DNA of 64,000 nucleotides from the NCBI RefSeq assembly GCF_963853765.1, contig NC_088860.1:41168001-41232000 (forward strand). Direction: 5' to 3'. A program made the translations under genes and the position numbers. A model generated the notes under the pieces. That model saw only the letters and a program-made list of their open reading frames with translations. It was not told where the DNA came from and did no database searches. The stretch is from Magallana gigas. Taxonomy: Eukaryota. Below are positions 13,691 through 26,277 of the stretch, piece after piece (position 1 is the stretch's first letter; every line of letters starts with the position of its first letter).

Positions 13691-13893
13691 TTCTAAAATG
13701 TAACCACACTCTTTGACTGTTATTCCAGATTTCGTTGTAGATTTTTACGTGCATCATTGTTGCATGCCATTGAATGGTATGCATTTAAAATTCTTAATTG
13801 TTGTTATTTTGCATGAATTATTGCGAACTGACTATTCGTGTAAAGTATATGCAAACCAATTGATTGTGTTCATGAAGTATTTTTACTTGTAAC

Positions 13894-14114
13894 TACTGTA
13901 ATTAGGGTAAATTTCGCCTCGTGTTATTTTCGCCTCCCCTTTTCTTCAATTGCAAACAGTTTAGCTTCGTCTTAAATACGCCCAGACATAGCTGTGTTTA
14001 AAAAAAGAATAATTTGAGCCAATGCAATTTGCCCAGGCTTAAATTAGCCCGTAGACAAGGAGGGCGAAATGGGCGAAAATAAAGCGGGGTGAATATTTCC
14101 TTGTATATACAGTA
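13894..14114. mobile_element. MITE, paralog of 1210-1434
   Basis: TACTGTA...TACAGTA ends at the matching position. Confidence 0.55.
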
Positions 14115-14583
14115 TATATAGACGAATATTCATATAAAAACATAATTTTTCATTATTAGATGTGGGATAAAAAGACATTGCAGAAAAAATTGATAACCCA
14201 CGTTGGCGGATTATCAATTTTTGGACAATGATCGCTACGTGCATACCTTCATAACCCGCATCGTTTTATTGTTACATCTTTTTTTTAAACAAAACGATTG
14301 ATTTGAAAGAGTAAGTAAAAACTAAATTATTGATAATGTACAACAGTAGATGCGGTAAAGGAATAGCCAAATCATCTTAAATGGGAATTGAAGTCTAAAA
14401 GCATCATCATTATTTATTAAAGTCCGTGATTTTTACCACGCTTTAGGTCTCAAGAAATCCACACAGATCAACCGATTGAACAGTTTGGTTCTCTGTCAGC
14501 ATTATCTTTTACGACAGAGGAACTAAACTACAGCCTAGATTGTTCCCCAGGGAGCCGAGTCCTCTCCCTCAGACCGGTCACTG

Positions 14584-15393
14584 ATGGATGTACCCGGGGT
14601 CATCACAGCTATAAATACAGGATATGAATATCTATGGGGTGTGACGTGTGTGAATGATACAGAAGTATGGATGCGTGGTAGTGACGACAAGATGAAACTA
14701 TTCAACCTGCAAGGAGAACTAGTGGAGTCTATCCAAACCAAGTCAGGGAACAGTCCAGCAAACATAGCAGTGACAAGGAGTGGGGATCTAGTTTATACTG
14801 ATTACCGTGATAGAACTGTGAACATAGTGAATAATACACAGATACAGACAGTGATTAGACTACGGGGGTGGATACCTCATGGTGTCTGTAGTACTTCCTC
14901 TGGTGACCTCCTGGTTGTCATGGACAGTGATGATTATGAACAAACAAAGGTTGTGCGTTACTCTGGCTCCAGAGAGAAACAAAGTATTCAGTACAACGAC
15001 AAAGGACAACCTCTCTATAAGTATTTATCTGGTCACATTAAACACATCAGTGAGAACAGGAACCTAGATATCTGTGTGTCAGACAATGGAGCCCGTGCAG
15101 TGGAGGTGGTCAATCAGGCCGGGAAACTCCGGTTTACCTACACTGGTCCTCCCTCTACAACCAAGGGATCATTCTATCCACAAGGCATCACAACAGACAG
15201 CAAGCTTCGGATCCTAACAGCAGACTGGGAAAACCACCGTATCCACATCCTGGATCAGGACGGACAGTTCCTCCGCTACATTGATAACTGTGATTTACAT
15301 TTCCCATGGGGTTTATGTGTGGACCCCAGAGACAACCTCTTTGTGACTGAGAGAGACACAGGTATAGTGAAGAAAATTCAATATTGCATGTAA
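14584..15393 (+). CDS. NHL-repeat cassette copy B2; NHL domain intact, +1 frameshift in the upstream linker
   Basis: 269-aa ORF; linker from 14430 ([24 protein letters not shown]) is out of frame by one extra G near 14550. Confidence 0.8.
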   Translation: MDVPGVITAINTGYEYLWGVTCVNDTEVWMRGSDDKMKLFNLQGELVESIQTKSGNSPANIAVTRSGDLVYTDYRDRTVNIVNNTQIQTVIRLRGWIPHGVCSTSSGDLLVVMDSDDYEQTKVVRYSGSREKQSIQYNDKGQPLYKYLSGHIKHISENRNLDICVSDNGARAVEVVNQAGKLRFTYTGPPSTTKGSFYPQGITTDSKLRILTADWENHRIHILDQDGQFLRYIDNCDLHFPWGLCVDPRDNLFVTERDTGIVKKIQYCM

Positions 15394-15567
15394 ATCAATT
15401 AAACTTTAAATTAGATGTAAACAAATGAACCAAGTATACATTACATACCCGGTACTGTGAGTAGATATTACATGTAAAGACAGTGTTTGTATTGATCCTG
15501 AATATACCATCTACATTAGATGAGAATAGTGTGTGTGTTTATATTGTATAGGTATTTATCATTAGAG

Positions 15568-15570
<3 letters not shown>

Positions 15571-15656
<86 letters not shown>
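15571..15656. repeat. (AT)n microsatellite (mirror copy 27251-27310 is 60 nt)
   Basis: Direct inspection. Confidence 0.95.
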
Positions 15657-15663
<7 letters not shown>

Positions 15664-16487
15664 GGGGTCAATTACTTTGAAAAGTAATTAATTACTTTCA
15701 AATACATTGACAATTTTATCAATTACTTGCAATTACAATTACATTGATTTTTTAAAATGTAATTATTTACTCTCAATTACTTTGATAAATGAAATTAATT
15801 ACAATTCAATTACTTTAGTTTTATTTTTTTAAATCATGAGAACATATACATATATTAACGACATTAAGATATACAGGGCTTTATGTACGGTTATTTTTTT
15901 AAAGGTTGTATAGTTCAGTTCAGATCAGATTTCTTGAAAATTTTCTTTAACATTAAATTCATTAAGAACCATTGAGTTCATTTTTGGTTCTGAATAATAT
16001 TTTCTCTATAGTGAATTAATTTTTATTCACATATTAAAACTGTGTTTATTGAGAAAGTACAACTTTTGGCAGTACAGTGTATCAGTATATAAATAATAAT
16101 TGCTTTAATTCACAAGAATGAGATATTTTGATTCCCTTGAGTCTAAAATCAGTTCAGTCTAAAATCAATTGGGGTTCTTGGGTATTGGAGGAGTTCACAC
16201 CTCCACAAAATTAGATCTTTACCTATTGCTCTGGGCAGTGTGTCATACTGTATAAACATATGAAACATTATGGGACATTTAATTATTGTATAAACAAAAG
16301 TCCATGCCAAACATGTATAAAATCTATTTATCATTATAAGACACCTTTATGATATCTTAAACTTGGAGAAAAGTAATTGAGATGTAATTGAAAAGTAATT
16401 GAAAATTCACAATATTTTTGGAATGTATTTAAATACATTCAATTACTTTGAAAAATGTAATTAATTACACTCAATTACAAATACTTT
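15657..16487. mobile_element. AATTAC/GTAATT-rich MITE inserted in the (AT)n; right end lost in the N gap (mirror 26421-27250)
   Basis: Starts CAGAGTTGGGGTCAATTAC; inverted GTAATT arrays near 16370-16480; absent from the paralogous B1 flank. Confidence 0.6.
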
Positions 16488-16639
16488 NNNNNNNNNNNNN
16501 NNNNNNNNNNNNNNNNNNNNNNNNNNNNNNNNNNNNNNNNNNNNNNNNNNNNNNNNNNNNNNNNNNNNNNNNNNNNNNNNNNNNNNNNNNNNNNNNNNNN
16601 NNNNNNNNNNNNNNNNNNNNNNNNNNNNNNNNNNNNNNN
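16488..16639. other. Assembly gap (152 N)
   Basis: N run. Confidence 1.
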
Positions 16640-17051
16640 AAGTTTTTTTTCTATTGGATGAAAACAAATTGTTGACTATTTTCATATAACATGTAGGTTT
16701 CCATGTGTATAATTATATTGCATGTCATCAAACTATGTGCGTTTCAAAACCAAACTTTTTCTGCAAACAATTTGTTTCTCTCAAATTACATGTAGATTGT
16801 CCATTCTTGCATGTATATTATATGTAAACAAAATGGCTGCGTTTATGTAATTGTCAATTACTATGTGTATTAAATGACTCAATATTCATATTACATATAA
16901 ACAAACTCTCTTCATCATTTGATGCATATAAGATAAGAGTTTATCTATAACATGTCAAACAGTCTTTGTTTTTTTACATGAAACAAGGTAATGGTCTCTA
17001 TATGTTTAACTTACATGTGGTTATCTGAAGAAACTTTTTGTTACATGTATT

Positions 17052-17789
17052 TATAACCAGTGAAATGACATCCATTTCACTTTTGATAACTTTTAGGCTA
17101 AGCATACATTTTCATAGTCTACTTTATTTTACTTTATTCTAATCTTATATGTTCCCATACTTAGCAATTCCTTATTGACATCTAAAGCATTCCTTATTAT
17201 TTATTTCTAAAGGTTGTCCAAGCTGTTGTTTACTTCTTAATCACCTAGAATATTTAGTGATTTCACAGTAATTGTTAATCTTTATTGTCAGTGACACTGC
17301 TCATGGCACTGGGCACTCATAGGTGTAAGTTAGGGTAAACAAAACCACTTTGACTTCTTCACATCAAAGGGATGACACTGATAACTTAATTATTTGATAA
17401 GCCCTAAGTGACAACTTTACCTTAGGCAATTCATAGCGAAATTTATTCTTGTACATGAGTTCTTCTAGAGAGAGTTAGCTTTGAGACTTCGGACTGAAAG
17501 GATGTAGGGCGAAGCTAGGAAATCATGTAGAGTGTTAGGAGACAAATTTCTAATTCATCTGTTAAGGCCCCCTCCTCTAAATTACAGTTAGGAACAAGAC
17601 TTGCTCATTAATGTTGTTACCTGCGTGTGTAGATTGGATTATTTAACATTCAATCTTTAATAAACATTTCTCATATCCTGCCATTTGGACTTTGTGCATT
17701 CTTGATTTACTTATTCCCCTTGAGCTTAATTCCCCAAATGAACGTGCACCACTGCCTAGTTATGTACCAGACATCCGGGCGTGGTCACA
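17052..17789 (+). mobile_element. Probable solo LTR (738 bp, 4-bp TSD TATT); mirror copy 25128-25865
   Basis: Missing from the paralogous flank near 3760; ends TATAACCA...GGGCGTGGTCACA; AATAAA near the 3' end. Confidence 0.6.
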
Positions 17790-18239
17790 TATTAATGACG
17801 AAGGTTAATGGACGTGTAGCACTCAATTCTTTACTAGCAAAGGAACGAGGCCACAAAGGGACTGAGGCCCATTACTTATAAAGAGGAGTGATACAGGTAT
17901 ATTAACCCAAGTAGAATTCAAATTGTTCTAGCTAATTATCATAACTTACCTTAAATCTTAAGAATTAGAGTAGTTGTGTGTGATTTTTTAACAGCCTTGT
18001 TTTCTCTGCTGAATGTTCAAAGCTTCACAAAATCCACATCCAAAATATCCAGGTTCTTGTTGGGTGTCTTTTCTTTGAGTGTTTAATTTCCTGATCTGAT
18101 CAGACATCTTCCTGAAAATGTATTTAGACATTGAGTATATGTTGTTGTTTTTATACATCATTATGCTATGTATGGATTTTGTGAGTTTTAATCAATTAAA
18201 CTTTAGTCAGAGAAATAATGTGTTGTGAATTAAATAATG

Positions 18240-18343
18240 AATAAGGAATCATTCTTTGAGTATAATGAGGTGATAATTTCGGTCGGGGCGTGATCAAATC
18301 CATTAAGCCCGAAGGGCTTTATGATAGATTTGATCACGCCCCG
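18240..18343. mobile_element. Long-palindrome element split by the BEL/Pao insertion; the rest is at 56238-56267 (and 21141-21170 inverted)
   Basis: Palindrome breaks after GCCCCG and resumes CCCCGACCGAAATTATC after the 3' LTR. Confidence 0.8.
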
Positions 18344-19103
18344 TGTAGTGGAACCAAGAGTTATCTTTCTTGATCTTGTATTATACAGTCTGAGAGTTAT
18401 TCCTCTTTATGTGGAACTCTTCTATGTTCAGTTTTTCACGCTGTGTACGTGCGGTCCCGCCGCAGTGCTACACATTGTCTATACCAACATATTCCATGTT
18501 TCATCCTTGTCCCCTCAAATTGTAAGTATCATATGCATTTAGATATATGAAATATTCATTTTATTTGTTGTTTTTGCCATGACATGTTTATATAAGCAAA
18601 CATAAGCACCCTCGTAATGACTGTTACTGTAGTAGGTTGTAGGCGCCATATTTTCTCGTGTTTACATTTGTTGATGTTAAAACATATAAGTATAACTTCA
18701 TTATTTATATGATTTACTGGTCATTAATAAGTACACAGCACACCTATAAAGTGTGAATTCTATGTTTATATTTTTCAATTAAATTATTTTCCCTTTTTTA
18801 CCTATATTCCATAATTTCCCTCGGGCTACTGTTTCAATACTGGGTGCACATTTTGGAATTCGTCTATTTTGATAATTGTCAATTTATTTCTTATGAGAAC
18901 TATGATATATATACATATATGATATAAATGTATTATTGTGTGAATTGTTAAAATGTCAGTTTGCATATTATTCCATGTATTTATAAATTGTTTATAATTT
19001 GTTTCAGCAATTTACCACTTCAGATCTACATCAGATCTACATTCAATAAAGATTACCAATAGTTATTGAATCTGGTTATACTTGCTGTTTTTCAAACAGT
19101 ACA
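18344..19103 (+). mobile_element. BEL/Pao LTR, variant alpha (760 bp)
   Basis: TGTAGTG...CAGTACA ends; matches 21171-21930, 23814-24573 and 55478-56237; preceded by CCCCG. Confidence 0.95.
18978..19050 (+). promoter_or_regulatory. Predicted LTR core promoter and poly(A) signal
   Basis: TATTTATAAA 18978-18987, Inr-like TCAG 19004-19007, AATAAA 19045-19050, in U3-R-U5 order; motif-based prediction only. Confidence 0.5.
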
Positions 19104-19128
19104 GTAAATTGAATTTGAGGGGACAAGG

Positions 19129-19445
19129 ATGAAACCTACACAGTTTCCACTTGTTGAACCTGATAGTGACAGAGAAGTCCGTCCAATCGATAGACCTGTA
19201 ATATGCTCACAAACTGATGTTACCATTACAACAACAGGATCTGATCTCATTACCAAGAAATTTGATCGATTTGATCGTTGGAGTTGTCTCATTACGGGCA
19301 TTGCTTGTCTCAAGCGAGTTTGCCGCAGGTTTAGAGCTTGTCGTGACCAGAAACCTATGCAACTTACCCGTTATGATGAAATTTGTGAAGCAGAGACCTT
19401 TGTCCTAAAACAGATTCAACAAGAATTCTTCTCTAAAGAGATAAA
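19129..19445 (+). pseudogene. BEL/Pao pol fragment (RNase H-integrase linker) cut by an inversion junction
   Basis: Matches 53620-53936, then switches to the reverse complement of 56238-57962. Confidence 0.9.
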
Positions 19446-21170
19446 TCTATAACTATAAAACAGAATTTTGCACCGTACATTGATTATAAGTCATATTTTA
19501 ATGTTTCATAAATAAGCTAAGCATAATTTGGTTTAGAATGATAAAAGTTATATAATAACGCATTTCAATTTTATTATTTTGAATTATTTACACTGTCATT
19601 AAATTGTCATTAGAATAAAAACATATTCGGTATGTTGCTTTAAAAAAAACCTTTTTGACTTCTTTTAACATTTCGTGATTACTATAACTATAAAATAGAA
19701 TTTCATAAATAAGCATAACCCGTCTCGGTGTAGAGTGATAAAAGTTACATAATAACGAATTTCAATGTTTTATTTTGAATATTTACACTGAACCATTTCC
19801 CCCCCCCCCCCCCCAGGGATCCCCTGACGATGAATTAAAGTAATTTTAGAAGGCCTATGGTAGTATTACTTCGAACTTTTCTGTACACGTGGGGCTTTTA
19901 AGATATCAAATATTAACCAAAAAAAGTTCTCAGTTGATTAAAGTATATTTGCATGTTTGCCAGAGGTTCCAACGCCTATTTACTGTAACTTAACTGTTAA
20001 TCATATACGTTTTGATTATCCTAGTTGGGGGGGGGGGGGTTCCAGATGATCTGACCAACCCTCCCCTCAAGATCTGCGCAGCGCACAAGCCGCAGGGATT
20101 TTTTTCATCCTGAATTTAATACATATTTTTGAAAAATTAAAAGCTAGTAATTGACTATAAATCAAATATGATAACTACACCAACTTTAATTTATTAATGT
20201 TTGTTTGAGTTAATTTTGAACAGGTAAATTCTTTGGGGGGGGGGGGGGGGTTACATTTCTAGGTTGGGTTCAGGATACAATTACGATAAGGTACTTGTCG
20301 TCTGGAGGTTGCAGAGGGATATTTTTTTAAAGGGTACTTTAAACATATAGCTTATATTTATATATCATTATGGATTATTTTAAATTTCAACAGCGTGCAG
20401 TGTTATTAAAAAAAATATATCCCCTGTGTGTTGATGTCATACATATGATATTTGTACTCAGCCACAGTGCCTTATAACCGTCTTTGCTAGCCAAGGGTTT
20501 TTGGTCCACTTTCCTCGGAGCGAAGATGCTAATAACAAAAACCCCAAATGTTTCTGATAAAGATAAAAGTTAATATATAAAATATTAAACATGTAAGCCC
20601 TTCAAAAATACGTTTTTTTCTTTGAATCATACAAACTTCTTTTAAACAAGATTATAACATAAAATGTCTATATTTCATGTTTCTTTGAATCAATACGACA
20701 TTCGTTTCAGTTGGATGGCATATATACGCGGATCGAGAAAGAATTCCTATGGCGATCCGAGTGATAAAGACGTTTTCCGGGAGGAGAGTCGATGGAGAGT
20801 GCGAGGCCTATTTTAGGTAACTTTACAATGTGGATTTAAGAAGTTTGAATTTTTTAGGGTAAGTTTGTCAGGAAAATCCCCTCCAGATCTACCACCAAGG
20901 GGATCAGTGGATGAAAAACTGGAATAAAAATTTAATCATTTATATATGATAAATAGATACATGTATATAATTTTGTATATTTACATTTTCCAGTGTCTTT
21001 GCCTGTGATAACACTACGTATCGATTTTGTACTATATAACCGATAATACAAATGACGCCAAATTGAGGCTCCATCGGGGTTTGCTTATTCATATTTAAAT
21101 ATTTAATCGTACGATGGCTCAAAATTATATAAATATAAGTAATAAGGAATCATGATAATTTCGGTCGGGG

Positions 21171-24100
21171 TGTACTGTTTGAAAAACAGCAAGTATAACC
21201 AGATTCAATAACTATTGGTAATCTTTATTGAATGTAGATCTGATGTAGATCTGAAGTGGTAAATTGCTGAAACAAATTATAAACAATTTATAAATACATG
21301 GAATAATATGCAAACTGACATTTTAACAATTCACACAATAATACATTTATATCATATATGTATATATATCATAGTTCTCATAAGAAATAAATTGACAATT
21401 ATCAAAATAGACGAATTCCAAAATGTGCACCCAGTATTGAAACAGTAGCCCGAGGGAAATTATGGAATATAGGTAAAAAAGGGAAAATAATTTAATTGAA
21501 AAATATAAACATAGAATTCACACTTTATAGGTGTGCTGTGTACTTATTAATGACCAGTAAATCATATAAATAATGAAGTTATACTTATATGTTTTAACAT
21601 CAACAAATGTAAACACGAGAAAATATGGCGCCTACAACCTACTACAGTAACAGTCATTACGAGGGTGCTTATGTTTGCTTATATAAACATGTCATGGCAA
21701 AAACAACAAATAAAATGAATATTTCATATATCTAAATGCATATGATACTTACAATTTGAGGGGACAAGGATGAAACATGGAATATGTTGGTATAGACAAT
21801 GTGTAGCACTGCGGCGGGACCGCACGTACACAGCGTGAAAAACTGAACATAGAAGAGTTCCACATAAAGAGGAATAACTCTCAGACTGTATAATACAAGA
21901 TCAAGAAAGATAACTCTTGGTTCCACTACACTCCCCGCCTGGCATCTTTGAGATGCCACTACTCATATGCATGCACAAAACATTTCAAAATTGTGATAAA
22001 CTAGTTGATAAATAATACATCTCGTGATCACTTGATACATGAATCATAATACAAGTCAATGTTTACAAATTCATTGTTAACAGTCCATTATTCACAGTCC
22101 ATAAGTTACAGTCCATTATTCACAGTCCATAAGTTACAGTTCACATCTAGTCACTGTTCACTTTCTATTAGCAACACGAGATCATGAATTGGTCGAATGT
22201 AAAATGTTGGTTTTCCTGCTCGAATAGTTCGCACAACAACTTTTCTCACGATTCCATCGTCACTTGGAAATACGCGGTCGATAATACCAGTTGGCCAGTT
22301 GTTCCGGTGCTCAGCGGGATCTTTCAACAGTACCACATCATCTACTTTAACGTTTCTGGTTTTGCTTTTCCACTTACGTCTACTTTGTAGGATAGATAGA
22401 TACTGCTTACGCCACTGATTCCAGAAAATATCTGCAAGGATTTGGACACGTTTCCATTGCGCTCTGTAAACGTCTTGTAGACTGAGTGAATCAGACACGA
22501 CTGGTAGGAAATCAACTTTACCGGTGAGAATCATAGTTGGTGTAAGAATCATTGGGTCATTTGGATCCGAAGGTATCGGTGCTATAGGTCTAGAGTTTAT
22601 GATGGCACAAACTTCACATAAAAATGTTGCTAATGTCTCATGTGTTAGAGGTTTACCACTAGATTCCAAAAGCATTGAATCGAGGATTTTCCTTGTCATT
22701 CCTATGACTCGCTCCCAGACACCACCCATATGGGAGGAATGTGGGACATTGAAAATCCAGGTGATGTAGGATTTGTCCAGGAACTGTTGAACTGGTCCCT
22801 CTTCTACTTTTATCGTGTTCACTCTCATTTCCTCAGCAGCTCCAATGAAATTGGTGCCTCGGTCAGATCTTATTATCTTCACTGGGCCACGGAGTGATAG
22901 AAATCTACGCAGTGCATTTATAAAACATGAACTCGACATCTCTTCAATAACCTCTATGTGAGCCGCTCTTGATGTTAAACAGGTAAACATCAGTCCCCAT
23001 CTCTTGCTGTTTGCAGCTCCTCCTCTAGTTCTGCGGGTACAGACTTCCCATGGTCCGAAGACATCAATTCCAACAGATGTGAAAGCTGGGCCTGGTGTGA
23101 TCCTGTCCTCTGGTAAGTCTGCCATCATCTGTGTTTCAAGGCCACGGCGAAGTTTTCGACAAGTCACGCAAGTGTGAATGAAAGATGAAATCATGCGCTT
23201 GCCTCCCAGGATCCAATAACCTGCCGTACGAAGTGCACCTTCAGTGAATAATCTCCCCTGATGTTTGACTTGCTCGTGAAAATGACGTATCAAAAGAACA
23301 GAGATATGACTGTTCTTGGGAAGAATAATTGGATTGATTTCCTTTGATGGTAAAATTCCAGCAGCTTTGTTCAATCTTCCACCAACACACATTAGTCCAT
23401 TTTCATCTAAGAATGGTGCAAGTGTGGATATACTTGTGTCTTTGTTCAAAGGTTTTCCAGACTTTAAACTGTTTATCTCTTTAGAGAAGAATTCTTGTTG
23501 AATCTGTTTTAGGACAAAGGTCTCTGCTTCACAAATTTCATCATAACGGGTAAGTTGCATAGGTTTCTGGTCACGACAAGCTCTAAACCTGCGGCAAACT
23601 CGCTTGAGACAAGCAATGCCCGTAATGAGACAACTCCAACGATCAAATCGATCAAATTTCTTGGTAATGAGATCAGATCCTGTTGTTGTAATGGTAACAT
23701 CAGTTTGTGAGCATATTACAGGTCTATCGATTGGACGGACTTCTCTGTCACTATCAGGTTCAACAAGTGGAAACTGTGTAGGTTTCATCCTTGTCCCCTC
23801 AAATTCAATTTACTGTACTGTTTGAAAAACAGCAAGTATAACCAGATTCAATAACTATTGGTAATCTTTATTGAATGTAGATCTGATGTAGATCTGAAGT
23901 GGTAAATTGCTGAAACAAATTATAAACAATTTATAAATACATGGAATAATATGCAAACTGACATTTTAACAATTCACACAATAATACATTTATATCATAT
24001 ATGTATATATATCATAGTTCTCATAAGAAATAAATTGACAATTATCAAAATAGACGAATTCCAAAATGTGCACCCAGTATTGAAACAGTAGCCCGAGGGA

Positions 24101-24573
24101 AATTATGGAATATAGGTAAAAAAGGGAAAATAATTTAATTGAAAAATATAAACATAGAATTCACACTTTATAGGTGTGCTGTGTACTTATTAATGACCAG
24201 TAAATCATATAAATAATGAAGTTATACTTATATGTTTTAACATCAACAAATGTAAACACGAGAAAATATGGCGCCTACAACCTACTACAGTAACAGTCAT
24301 TACGAGGGTGCTTATGTTTGCTTATATAAACATGTCATGGCAAAAACAACAAATAAAATGAATATTTCATATATCTAAATGCATATGATACTTACAATTT
24401 GAGGGGACAAGGATGAAACATGGAATATGTTGGTATAGACAATGTGTAGCACTGCGGCGGGACCGCACGTACACAGCGTGAAAAACTGAACATAGAAGAG
24501 TTCCACATAAAGAGGAATAACTCTCAGACTGTATAATACAAGATCAAGAAAGATAACTCTTGGTTCCACTACA
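21171..24573 (-). mobile_element. Internally deleted BEL/Pao element (3403 bp) with two LTRs, PPT and 5-bp TSD CCCCG
   Basis: LTRs 23814-24573 and 21171-21930; CGGGG at 21166-21170 and 24574-24578; gag, PR, RT and RH absent. Confidence 0.92.
22151..23788 (-). CDS. Integrase-only ORF of the deleted element (545 aa)
   Basis: HHCC zinc finger (HEQVKH...CVTC), GIDVFG, SDRGTNF, GVWER core and WKRVQ C-terminal domain. Confidence 0.85.
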   Translation of the reverse strand: MKPTQFPLVEPDSDREVRPIDRPVICSQTDVTITTTGSDLITKKFDRFDRWSCLITGIACLKRVCRRFRACRDQKPMQLTRYDEICEAETFVLKQIQQEFFSKEINSLKSGKPLNKDTSISTLAPFLDENGLMCVGGRLNKAAGILPSKEINPIILPKNSHISVLLIRHFHEQVKHQGRLFTEGALRTAGYWILGGKRMISSFIHTCVTCRKLRRGLETQMMADLPEDRITPGPAFTSVGIDVFGPWEVCTRRTRGGAANSKRWGLMFTCLTSRAAHIEVIEEMSSSCFINALRRFLSLRGPVKIIRSDRGTNFIGAAEEMRVNTIKVEEGPVQQFLDKSYITWIFNVPHSSHMGGVWERVIGMTRKILDSMLLESSGKPLTHETLATFLCEVCAIINSRPIAPIPSDPNDPMILTPTMILTGKVDFLPVVSDSLSLQDVYRAQWKRVQILADIFWNQWRKQYLSILQSRRKWKSKTRNVKVDDVVLLKDPAEHRNNWPTGIIDRVFPSDDGIVRKVVVRTIRAGKPTFYIRPIHDLVLLIESEQ

Positions 24574-26277
24574 CGGGGCGTGATCAAATCTATCATAAAG
24601 CCCTTCGGGCTTAATGGATTTGATCACGCCCCGACCGAAATTATCACCTCATTATACTCAAAGAATGATTCCTTATTCATTATTTAATTCACAACACATT
24701 ATTTCTCTGACTAAAGTTTAATTGATTAAAACTCACAAAATCCATACATAGCATAATGATGTATAAAAACAACAACATATACTCAATGTCTAAATACATT
24801 TTCAGGAAGATGTCTGATCAGATCAGGAAATTAAACACTCAAAGAAAAGACACCCAACAAGAACCTGGATATTTTGGATGTGGATTTTGTGAAGCTTTGA
24901 ACATTCAGCAGAGAAAACAAGGCTGTTAAAAAATCACACACAACTACTCTAATTCTTAAGATTTAAGGTAAGTTATGATAATTAGCTAGAACAATTTGAA
25001 TTCTACTTGGGTTAATATACCTGTATCACTCCTCTTTATAAGTAATGGGCCTCAGTCCCTTTGTGGCCTCGTTCCTTTGCTAGTAAAGAATTGAGTGCTA
25101 CACGTCCATTAACCTTCGTCATTAATATGTGACCACGCCCGGATGTCTGGTACATAACTAGGCAGTGGTGCACGTTCATTTGGGGAATTAAGCTCAAGGG
25201 GAATAAGTAAATCAAGAATGCACAAAGTCCAAATGGCAGGATATGAGAAATGTTTATTAAAGATTGAATGTTAAATAATCCAATCTACACACGCAGGTAA
25301 CAACATTAATGAGCAAGTCTTGTTCCTAACTGTAATTTAGAGGAGGGGGCCTTAACAGATGAATTAGAAATTTGTCTCCTAACACTCTACATGATTTCCT
25401 AGCTTCGCCCTACATCCTTTCAGTCCGAAGTCTCAAAGCTAACTCTCTCTAGAAGAACTCATGTACAAGAATAAATTTCGCTATGAATTGCCTAAGGTAA
25501 AGTTGTCACTTAGGGCTTATCAAATAATTAAGTTATCAGTGTCATCCCTTTGATGTGAAGAAGTCAAAGTGGTTTTGTTTACCCTAACTTACACCTATGA
25601 GTGCCCAGTGCCATGAGCAGTGTCACTGACAATAAAGATTAACAATTACTGTGAAATCACTAAATATTCTAGGTGATTAAGAAGTAAACAACAGCTTGGA
25701 CAACCTTTAGAAATAAATAATAAGGAATGCTTTAGATGTCAATAAGGAATTGCTAAGTATGGGAACATATAAGATTAGAATAAAGTAAAATAAAGTAGAC
25801 TATGAAAATGTATGCTTAGCCTAAAAGTTATCAAAAGTGAAATGGATGTCATTTCACTGGTTATAAATACATGTAACAAAAAGTTTCTTCAGATAACCAC
25901 ATGTAAGTTAAACATATAGAGACCATTACCTTGTTTCATGTAAAAAAACAAAGACTGTTTGACATGTTATAGATAAACTCTTATCTTATATGCATCAAAT
26001 GATGAAGAGAGTTTGTTTATATGTAATATGAATATTGAGTCATTTAATACACATAGTAATTGACAATTACATAAACGCAGCCATTTTGTTTACATATAAT
26101 ATACATGCAAGAATGGACAATCTACATGTAATTTGAGAGAAACAAATTGTTTGCAGAAAAAGTTTGGTTTTGAAACGCACATAGTTTGATGACATGCAAT
26201 ATAATTATACACATGGAAACCTACATGTTATATGAAAATAGTCAACAATTTGTTTTCATCCAATAGAAAAAAAACTT

